Positions 54,363-64,000 of a stretch of 64,000 nucleotides of DNA are shown piece by piece. How positions within the stretch are numbered: position 1 is the first letter of the stretch; each line of letters starts with the position of its first letter. Source of the DNA: Harriotta raleighana. Its lineage: Eukaryota. Under the pieces are notes generated by a model. The model made no database searches and was not told the origin of the DNA. It saw only the letters and a list, made by a program, of their open reading frames with translations. Location of the stretch: positions 5,817,396 to 5,881,395 of the forward strand of contig JBNZDD010013700.1 of NCBI GenBank assembly GCA_050575255.1, read 5' to 3'. The position numbers were made by a program, and so were the translations under genes.

Positions 54363-55029
54363 CTCTTCCCCCTACCACCCCACTATTGAAGCTTAAATGA
54401 CAGCATGGATGGAATTTTACTTTACACGAAAACAGGCAGTGTGTTGGGTTGGATCGGGGGTGAGCTGAAGTCAGAGCAGAGGAGTTTTTGTTTAGTTTAG
54501 AGTTTAGAGCCAGAGGTTCCCATGGGGAGCAGGGGTGGAATCCTGGTGGGGTTCAAAGCTGAACAGCCTGACTGGCTCATGGATTTTCAGACTTTTGCAG
54601 GATATTCTGCTGCTAGTTTTAAGATCTTTTTATTCGTTTTGAATGCTACAAAGCAAACCTCAGGTAAACCAAGCATATATAATTTTTGTTTATTAATCAT
54701 CCTGTGATGTGTTTCTGCAAATAATTGCAGAAATTTAGTCAAGAGAAATATGGTCTTATCATGCTTATGCTTGTTAAACAACAAAACACATGTAATATAA
54801 CTTATAGACAGTCTCACTCACTACAACAAATGTCCTTGGCATGCTGAGCAACTAATCAGTGTTCTATATCAGTATAAAAATGATATCCTCACATGCCCAC
54901 ACTGAACAGACTAGTATATTGGAAGAGCTGCATTCATCTTTTTCCTCTGGCNTATAAAAAGGATATCCTCATATGCCCACACTGAACAGACTAGTATATT
55001 GGAAGAGCTGCATTCATCTTTTTCCTTTG

Positions 55030-55365
55030 GCGGCAAATATATACAGTACTACAATACAATACCAAATTACATTTGTATAGGCCCTTTCACATCAGGAGGA
55101 TATTCCAAAATGCTGGACTTTCAGGGATTTGGATCCGAGCAGGGAAAGGGCAAAGTTGGGGTAAGGAAGCGTAGAGGGCAGGGAGTGTAGAAGGGTGGCC
55201 GAAGGCACATTTGAAGAGAAGAATCTTGAAGTATGCCTTGAATGAGGCAAGGGAAGAAGTGAGGCAAAGAGAATTTGTAATGGAGTTCCAAGAGATGGTC
55301 GGAGAAGTTAAAGCCCCGACCAGTGATGGTGGCGCTGTCTGGGCAGAGGACTTGGAGCAGGCCAC
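55030..55365 (-). mobile_element. L2 LINE 3' end
   Basis: Minus-strand translation PTISWNS...SSLASFKAYFKILLF matches the C-terminus of the L2 at 60405-61166. Confidence 0.8.
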
Positions 55366-58300
55366 CACGGATTCACTTTAAACAGATTTTGAACAAACTC
55401 GATAGGGCAACCTATATGCAAAACTGTGGTATTGATGAAGCAGGAACCAGTTAGCAACTCCTGAGACATCTGCACCATAATATCTGCATCATAACTCTCA
55501 GAGTTGCTCTGTGAGCAGCAAAGAACCTTGCATTTAACAATACTGTAATTGTTATTCCCCAATTCTTTCCCAGTTCACAGAACAGAGGGGGAAAAGAAAA
55601 TTGCAAACAGCTAAGCCTTTCATAAATATTTTTCACCCAATGAGCACACACTGCCTTGAATTTAGGTAGAGAAATGTAAGCAGGCAAATGCTCCTGAAAA
55701 TGTAGGCAATTTACATGACAGCTGGAGCACTGTTTCTGATGAGCAATATAATTTAGTTGCAAAAGTTAACATTCTTAGTAGGTTACTTTACTCAAAAGCA
55801 AATAGTTTGTGGCTATTAACCTTTTAAGATCAATATACTGTATTGTGACATGCTAGTTTTTTGCTTGATCTAATAGTAAGACCAGAAGTTAAAAAAAATC
55901 CTTTAAAGAGCAATTATAGCACAGATCAATGAAAGCTCAGAATTTTTTTTGTTGCAATAGGTACCATGGTTCTAAGAGGAAGAGGCTGCATTTAGAAAGA
56001 TGAATTTGAAAACCCACATCTTTTCCTCTGGATTGTATATATTATGCAACATTTGCAGCATTATTATCTAAAAATACTGCAAATGTTGCAAATTGCAAAT
56101 AGATGAGTGGTTTAACAACAACAAAAACACATTTGTATAGCATCTTTCACGTCGGGAGGATGTCACAAGGCCCTGGACAGTCAGCGTTCCAGACCTGAGC
56201 TGGGGTTAAAGCTATGCTCCAGTCACCAAACAGGACAGAAAGGATCCTAGTTTAAACTTAGTTAGCTGATCTGAAGAGAAAGGTGGTAGATGCCTAAGCA
56301 TGATTGAAGAGGAATGTGATGACATGCTGTAAAATGCATTTTTTTCTTTCTTACGGATCTTTATCAGATAGATTGCTTCTGGTAAGAAGGAGCAGGCTTG
56401 ATGAGCTTAGCAATCGTTTCTTGTTCCGTATCTTTCCACATTCTTTATAAAATCCAATCCCAAAATGGAATTTTATCATATACACCTATCCACACACACA
56501 CAGTCTCAAATACAAACATTGTATAAATGGACAGCAGAGCTACTTCCTCATCAGAATTTTTGCAAAATGTAAAAAAAATCACCACTTTATTTCAAGATAA
56601 CATTTAAGACATTTTTTATTTGTGACCAAGTGCACACAGATGTTAGATTACAAATACAACAGTTCATGTACAATACATGTTATAGAATGCAACAGTAAAA
56701 AAAACAACCAGCTATATGCAGGTTGCTACATTTCTTCAATTTACAATAAGAAAACCAGGCTTTCTGTCTACCAAATCTCCTGATTCCCTCAGTGCATTCA
56801 CCAATCTCATAGGCAACTCAATAGATTGCAAACAATTTTTTACCCCTCCATTTTCCAGATGTTTATTAACTCACTTAAGTTTTGTAGTGTTACAAATAAA
56901 ACAGTTGCCATTTCTTTTTTTATTTTTATTTACCAGAAATAAGAATATGTGTCAGATGGGTTTAATTTTATTATATTTACATTTGTTTTCTTAAATATTT
57001 CCAGGTTGCCTTAGAGCTATTGATCTGCACTCAATCTCCTTTAGCTGGGAGTGAGAGAAAATCTGGAATGTGGCTCTCTATGACTTCCAGTAATTCAATT
57101 TCCAAAAAGGAGGCTGTCTTTGTGGCAGGGTGAAATGTACAGTGGCACTTGCTTGTCGTCCTTGTGGGATAACAAAAACCTTCATCTTGTGGGTGACAGA
57201 ATGTCATGTCACAGAACTGAGACATAAACCTATAGTCACCGGAATAAAAAATGGTTCTTGAGGTTGTATGACCAAGCTGAGTCTTCAATGCTCTCTATTA
57301 TTACAGCTCTGTGTAAGCAGAATGTAACTTTTAAAAATATGTATAGAACAAAATAATTGGCATTCGCAGGTATATTTTGCAAGGATCTAATCCACAGTCC
57401 TAAGAAATATTACCACTCCAAGATATTACCATTGAATCAAATCAGGTGAACCAACTTAGTTATAGATTCCTGCAACTCTGGAATAAACGAATAATGGATA
57501 CAAATAATGGTGGTGTTCACAACTTATTTCAAGGTGATAAGATTTTCCCAGAAAAATATTCCATCAAACAGGAATCCACAATGTGATACAAGTGGATAAA
57601 ATAATTGTCAAATGTTCAGAATCTTTCTTGCAAGGTTCTTTCAGTCCTCAAATGTCAAAATTACACTATCTGCTTATTTGAGTCTAAATATAAATCAAAA
57701 TAAAATACAGACTGATTAATGAACTAATAGGGTTTAAAATAGCCATGTATTCAGCCTTGAACTTTAATATTGACACAGCATGCAACAGAACACTTCTTAT
57801 CTCAGAGTGGTGCATTCTTAACATAATTTGAAATATTTGTATTGTAAGCAAGCAGTTATGTATTCACAAAGAATTTCAGTGGTAAGAAGTTACCTTTATC
57901 ATGCTACTGAGGTTTCCCCTGTTTTATTCTCTGCAATGGGAACCAAAGGCCTCATTTTGGGTTGTTGCTCCTCCCCCCTCTCTCACTGTTTGCCACCCAC
58001 TCACAGCCACATTTACATGAACAAATGGATAAGTAAGTGATGGTGCTTTGGACTAAAACAGCAGCATCATGCCACAAACGGCCAGCAAAAAAAAACTATT
58101 GTGGAAAGAAACTCCTATATTTAGCTGGTATATCCAATCGTGTCAGATCAAGACTTTAAATGTCAGACCAAAATGGGACAGTGTCAATGATTCAACAACT
58201 ATAGCGCTCAGCTGTCACTGTACTGTAATATTAAACAGTGAATAAGAATATTCCAACTTAGAATAAGTTCATATGGACTTTGCAGCAAAAAATAGCAACT

Positions 58301-58971
58301 ATACACACATTATTTTTTTCCTGATCTCTATTTCCAATGTAACTCTTACTTTGGTCAGCTGAGTATCTGATACACACGGAAGCTCATAGTCATGCTTACG
58401 AATATCCAAACCAGACTGAGAATTCCAAAAATGCATTGAAATTTCCTGGTGTTTAAAATTGAATAGATACTCTGTCTTTAGAGGGATACACCTTGCTTAA
58501 TTAATTTTAGAGAATATGTGATGCAGGTTGACAAGAGCTAAATCTTGGGAATCAGAGTGTGTGGGACTTACTGCTGGAATTTATCTAGCTAAACGTTTGC
58601 CAATGAAAACACTATCTGGCGAACTTTTGGTTGCTTGTCTAGCTAGGATCACTCTTCCTGTTACGGTTTTGACTTGGGGGAGCTGAGAATGGAATGGGAA
58701 AAATCCTTTCCCATGACCGGTGAATGAACCAGGCTAAATATTCTGCCATCAGCAGTATCTTGAATATCGTGTACATGGTTAGCCTAGGAACCAGATTAAA
58801 GAGACCATTATAATTCTGATAATTCGAAGCGCTCTGAGACGCCATCCGGTGTGGAGGGCGCTATATAAATCAAAGTTGTTGTTGTTGATATTTCATTCGA
58901 CAGGAACACCATCTTGGAGCCACTTCAGAAAGAAGGAAACTCTGCTTGCCTCTGTCCACCCTCCAAGTAGG

Positions 58972-59140
58972 ATAATAGTAATAATCCTTGCATTCAATAT
59001 AGTGCCTTATCATGTTTTCGAGAGTAAACTGAGGCTTGTGAAGTAAGGAAACTCGCCCAGCATTTCACTTTGCTGGGAATCGAACGCAGGTCTCTCACTT
59101 GCGAGGTGAGTGCTCTAACCATTGAGATGTAGGATTCCAT
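58972..59140 (-). mobile_element. tRNA-derived SINE, internally deleted copy
   Basis: Same head and tail as the 16.2 and 17.2 kb SINEs, joined without the middle segment. Confidence 0.8.
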
Positions 59141-59744
59141 GATAGTCACTTGTTGGTTATGCTGAAAAGTGCAGGTGTAAGATGTCGCTAGATAAAGATT
59201 TATCAGGTTTGTCTGCCTTGGGTCAATCACTGGTCTTACAACTTTACTAAAAGGGGAAGGATGATTACATATGGCTAATAATAAGATTTTCCTTTTACAC
59301 ATGAAAGATGGTGAATACCAGAATTTAGTGCAGGGATTGTGAAATCAACACAATGATTCAAAAACAGTTTCTTCAAAGGGTTGAAAAGTCTTGGCTCCAG
59401 ACTAGTAGCTAAGGAGAAAAAGCACACCATTTGAGGTGATCTTTAATTATCAATATTTAAACATTTTAAGAAAATTTAAATATTTATTTCAGAAAATTAT
59501 CNGAACAAAATTATCTTGAGATTTTTACAATTAAATGAGTATGGATTTTTTTGTAAATCTGCTTTAACATATTGTGGGGTTTTTTTAAATTAAAAAAATC
59601 CGGTATTTATTTGTTTTTATGCTCGTAGATTTCTTTTTGAGAAGGGAAATGAATGTTTCCTTTTAAAGGCACTTTTGTTCAAAAATGCCTAGGAGCATTT
59701 GGTCACTTAAATTTGCAAATGTCCCAATGCCAACATATTAAACC

Positions 59745-60142
59745 AACCAGGTTAGAAATTAGATTGGAAAACATTTTCTCACACAAATGGTTGTGAGAAG
59801 GTGGGATGAACTGCCATAGAACGAATAGCTGCAGAAACGATTAGAATATTTCAAAGGGAAATACAGTAATTANGCATATTAAACCAACCAGGTTAGAAAT
59901 TAGATTGGAAAACATTTTCTCACACAAATGGTTGTGAGAAGGTGGGATGAACTGCCATAGAAGGAATAGCTGCAGAAACGATTAGAATATTTCAAAGGGA
60001 AATACAGTAATTAGGTATTTGAGAACTCATGGTTTACAGGACATAGAAACAGCAGAGAAGTAGGATTAAAAGTTCAGCCACAATCTAAAAAAATGGTGAA
60101 ACAGACTTGATGGGTTGAATGGCTTCATCCCATTACTATGTC
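59745..60142 (+). mobile_element. CR1 LINE 3' end (partly duplicated by the assembly)
   Basis: cattttctcacacaaatggttgtgagaaggtgggatgaactgcc...gacttgatgggttgaatggc follows the CR1 3' pattern. Confidence 0.75.
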
Positions 60143-60189
60143 AAAAGCTCAAACGATGTTTTATCTTTCTGTATGCTGAGATTTTAATA

Positions 60190-60370
60190 ATAAAAAAACA
60201 AAAAAATGCTGGAATGCCACAAGAGGTGTATCAGCATCTGAAAGAGAGGTAAGATACTGTTCTAATAAAAAGTCACACCCCAAATTGATAATCTTCTGTC
60301 TTCTTCAACATTTTGATTTGGATTTGCGGTATTTAACCTAGTGTGTTGCTGATTTCCAACAGAGTTTTTT
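60190..60370. mobile_element. Penelope-like terminal repeat remnant
   Basis: aaaaatgctggaa...cagcatctgaaagagag...gctgatttccaaca has the loosely inverted layout I recall for shark Penelope ends. A weaker similar piece lies at ~62150-62350. Confidence 0.4.
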
Positions 60371-60404
60371 AAATCTGTTCTGAGACTACCATACCAAATT
60401 TGAA

Positions 60405-61166
60405 CGAACTTATCTTGTTTGACCCTGAACAGTCCTTTCTGCCCCACATCCGTGCATGGACCAGTACTGCCTTTCATCACCTCCGCAACATTGCCAGACT
60501 CCATGACTGCCTCACCCCTCAGACTGGCAAAACCATTGTCCACATATTCGTCACATCAAGGTTCAACTATGGAAACTCCTTCCTCTTTGGCTTTCCTTGC
60601 TCTTCCCTTCACAATGCAGATCATTCAGAATTCTGCAGCTCATGTCCTCTCTCGCACTAGGCTCCGAGACCACATCACTCCTACCCTTGCCCAGTTCCAT
60701 TGGTTCTCCATTCCCCAGAGGATTGAATTCAAGATCCTTGTCCTCACTTTCAAGGCCATTCATGGCCTTGCCCCCTCCTATCTCTCCAACCTGCTGTCTT
60801 CCTATGAACCTGCCTGCCCCCTCCGTTCAGCAGGTTCCGGTCTACTCCATGTCCCCCACCCAACCCACCCTACCATCGGTGGCTGGGGTTTCAGCCTCTC
60901 TGCCCCCACACTCTGGAACTCAATCCAACAGTCACTTCACCACACTTCTTCCCTTGCCTCCTTCAAGGCCAGTCTCAAGACCCTGCTCTTCGATCGTGTC
61001 TTCTGCTGCCTCCCAAACTCTCTCCCTCCCTTCCTAACTCTTTCCCTCCCCTCCCCCCTACCCTGCTCCTCCGCTTTGCTCGGGTCACGACCTGACTGTT
61101 CAGTGCCTTGGGATGTCCTCCTGACATGAAAGGTTCTCTATAAATGTAATTTTGTTGTTGTTGTTG
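60405..61166 (+). mobile_element. L2 LINE 3' portion with (TTG)n tail
   Basis: AFHHLRNIARL, IQNSAAHVLSRTRLRDHITPTLAQFHWFSIPQRIEFKILVLTFKAIHGLAPSYLSNLL, APTLWNS and SFKASLKTLLF are L2 ORF2 C-terminal motifs. Confidence 0.92.
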
Positions 61167-61224
61167 AACAGTGTTATTCTTCCACACACACACATTTTGC
61201 ATCAGGATTCCGGTCTCACATGGA

Positions 61225-61720
61225 AACAACATCAACAACAATTTCCATTTATATAGCACCCTTCATGCTGGTAGCATCTTGATGCTCTGAAGAATTTCAC
61301 AGTTTGACTCTGAGCAGGGGAGAAAGGGGTGGCGACTTCTCACCTGTGTGTGAGCACAGTCGAAGAGGAGAGTTTTCAATTGCAATCTCAAAATGAGTAA
61401 TGAAGGGGCAAGCCAGAGGGATTGAGGAGGAGTTCCAGAGCTTTGTAGCATAGTGGCTGAAAGCATGGCTGATGGTGGAGATGAGAGATCAAGAGATGCA
61501 CAGAAGGCCTGACCTAGCTGACCAAAGGGACAGGTATAAGAGTGGTATGTGAGCAGGTTGGAACGTTAGGGAGGTGCCTGGGCATCAAGTGATTTTGGGG
61601 CTTTTGTGAGGATATTGAAGTCAATCTGTTCTATGACAGAGAACCAATGGAGCGGGGCAAGGACAGGAGTGATTGGAACGCAGTGGTTGTTATGGGTGAG
61701 AATATTAGCAGTGAAATCAA
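61225..61720 (-). mobile_element. L2 LINE 3' portion, tail-to-tail with the previous element
   Basis: (CAA)n tail on the + strand. Minus-strand translation gives LKTLLFD, and an LHWF-like segment lies near 61650. Confidence 0.75.
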
Positions 61721-62824
61721 TTGGGTGATCACAATACATTCCAACACTTATTTATCGAAGAGCCAAAAAACATTTTAAAAGAATATTCACTACAAGTTTA
61801 TAGCACCCAAAGAAAACAGTTCAAGTTGTTCTCTGGTGCTACATTGTCATTGTTTTGTTGGCATTTGTGGAAACTTGGTTTCAGATTAATTGCTGATTTT
61901 GCCCTAAAGTGACATGCACAGAAAATAATAAATAGAGACATTGGGATCTATTCTACACTGATAAGAAATCATAATACTGTACAAATAATTAAAATATTGC
62001 TATTTTTGGTGATCGGTATGTGACATATCCCTATGATTGACTTCAGTTTTAATTTTATTATTGGATTACCTCACTGGATGCATGTTATCTATATCAAATA
62101 CATATACTGTAGTATAAATAATAAATATGTGCTCCTTGCATTCTTAATGAAAGAAAGTTCCAACAAATGGAAAGAGGTTTCAAACCACAGTATCTCCGTT
62201 GGAGTTGACTGATAAGGTTGTACAGTATGTACTGTACTTCAAACCTACCTGTGAGACTTATTTTCTACTTCCTCCAACAGTCTGATTTTCATTTGTTCCC
62301 CTTCTCAGCGTTTCTGCATGTTGTTCACACAGCCTAACTGCTTCCAGATTTACTGATAAAAAAATGCGCTGAAGAAGGCTAACTTCAATTCTCTCTGAGG
62401 TGATAGACTATTTATGTAACCAAATTGACAGACTGAGATTAGCAATTTGGGCTTCAATTGTAAAGTGAATGGAGTCCTAAGAGAATCTTGGTGCAAAATC
62501 ATAATACTTGTATTTGATATAGTGCCTTTAATATCAAAAGTGCTTCTTGGGTAACTTCCAACTAATAAAATACGTATGCATTTGCAGGCAGATAATGCAA
62601 CCAATATGTACATAGCAAAGCCACATCAAAAATAGCCATGAAGTGAATATCCTTTTTGTATGGAGGATTTTTGACTAGGATAGGACTTTGGTTTAACATC
62701 TAACTTGAAAGATGAGACTCTGCTCTCCAACTATCATCCATCTCCAAACTCCCCTTTCTTTCCAAGATGCTGAAATGAGTCATTACTTCCCCACTTCGCT
62801 CCTTCTCTTTACCCACTCCCGATA

Positions 62825-63570
62825 TAAATAATAACAACAACAAAATTACATTTGAATATCGCCTTTTACAATCAGTGTTTCGGACCCGAGCTGGGGATTG
62901 GGATTGGGCAGAGTGGAGGGCGGGAAGAAGGAAGGTGGCCAAAGGCACAATTGAAGCGGAAGGTCTTGAGATGTGTCTTGAAGGAGGCACAGTACGGGAC
63001 AAGGCTGAGGGGTTCCAGGGTGGAGTTCCAGTGGGTTAGGGCAGAGTAGCAGAAGGTCTATGCACCAATGGGGAAGCAGGCCAAATGGGGACAAGAAGCA
63101 GGCTCACTCCGCTCAGCAGGTAGGTTGCTAGGGGGTTAGAAGATCACAGAGGTAGTAGGGAGCAATGTTGTATAGGTAGTGGAAGAAACCAAGGAGAAGG
63201 TTTAAGGAGAAACCATTTGTAGAGATGAAGTGGAGATGGTGTGAGAGGCAGAATCTGAACCATTTAAGAACAGAACCATGATGGTTAGGTGAGAGGAGAG
63301 GCGATGGAGGAGGATAGAGTGGTATCAAAGGCAGCAGAGAGCTCAAGGAGGATGAAGAGTCAGAGGGAGAACTGGTCACAGATGGACGAAATGTCATTTG
63401 TCATTTTAACCAAGGAGAGGTTTATAATGTCTGTAATAGGGTATGCAAGAGGTGGTGGCTGGGAGGTAAGCAGAGGGGTAGGGATGGGGTCAAGGAGCAG
63501 ATGGTCAGTTTGATTGAAAGGGCAATTTAGCAGAGGTGAGGGCGGATTGGTAAGATTTAATAAGGCCAGG
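62825..63570 (-). mobile_element. L2 LINE fragments
   Basis: Tail aacaacaacaaaattacatttgaatatcgcctttt. Minus-strand remnants include APYYLCDLLTP and VLKWFRFCLS. Confidence 0.7.
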
Positions 63571-63684
63571 CAGATGAGCCAAGTGCATTAACAAACTCCT
63601 CCAATAAGATTTCTGTTCTGCCCGATGCACATAAACAGCCTTCGTCAAAGCGATAAATGACATGTTTTATATCTGTAGTCCCTG

Positions 63685-63995
63685 AGCACTACACTGGAGT
63701 GTCAGGCCAGTGCATGAGCTTCAAATCCCCAACTCAGAATTTGAGCCCATAACCATTCAGGGGAAAATGCTAGCCTTGCCAACACTTCAGACATCCAGGA
63801 TAACTGGTTTTCTCTCCCCTACCCTAACAGTATGTATTCATCCTTTCTCTGAACAGGTCTTTATCTTCTTCTATTTTGATGAACACAGGCATCTAAACAT
63901 GAACTTATTTGCACAAATCGATGCACTGACTGTCCAGCGCCTTGGGACATCCTCCCAATGTGAGAGGCACTATAACAAATGTAATTTTGTTAATA
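63685..63995. mobile_element. SINE head remnant (-) and L2-type tail (+)
   Basis: ctacactggagtgtcagg...tttgagcccataacc is a reverse Deu-SINE head. cagcgccttgggacatcctcccaatgtgagaggcactat is an L2-type tail. Confidence 0.5.
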
Positions 63996-64000
63996 TTCTT

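Noticed and set aside
55737-55790. Hammerhead-like CTGATGA-GCAA...TTGC-AAAA-GTTAAC
   Set aside because: The conserved GAAA reads AAAA, and stems I and III cannot form convincingly.
46600-64000. Expected neighbouring tfap2d exons
   Set aside because: No AP-2-like coding sequence found. If present, the gene lies beyond the window.

Overview
This is vertebrate genomic DNA, not prokaryotic. The repeat families (tRNA-head SINEs with L2-type tails, Deu-domain SINEs, L2, CR1, Penelope-like ends) suggest a cartilaginous fish, probably elephant shark; that is inference. The window holds one complete gene, tfap2b (transcription factor AP-2 beta), on the minus strand. It has seven GT-AG coding exons at 41824-41904, 36303-36752, 27256-27316, 14369-14585, 13846-13964, 10537-10678 and 5492-5789 (1368 nt, 455 aa), plus an alternative 27-nt exon (MLVHTYTAM, 37868-37894). 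Most of the gene sits in a ~37 kb CpG-retaining, repeat-poor domain (~9.6-46.6 kb) between CpG-depleted, TE-rich flanks. The most interesting observations are: a 6-codon uORF overlapping the first start codon; a 27-nt exon that could serve as first exon or as microexon; CpG decay in L2-type tails recording germline methylation; a possible unannotated spliced minus-strand transcript at 56.6-58.8 kb; a ~260-bp palindrome inside a Tigger-like MITE; and several enhancer-like motif clusters. Short duplications flanking single N bases or gaps look like assembly artefacts. I found no convincing new multi-gene system.
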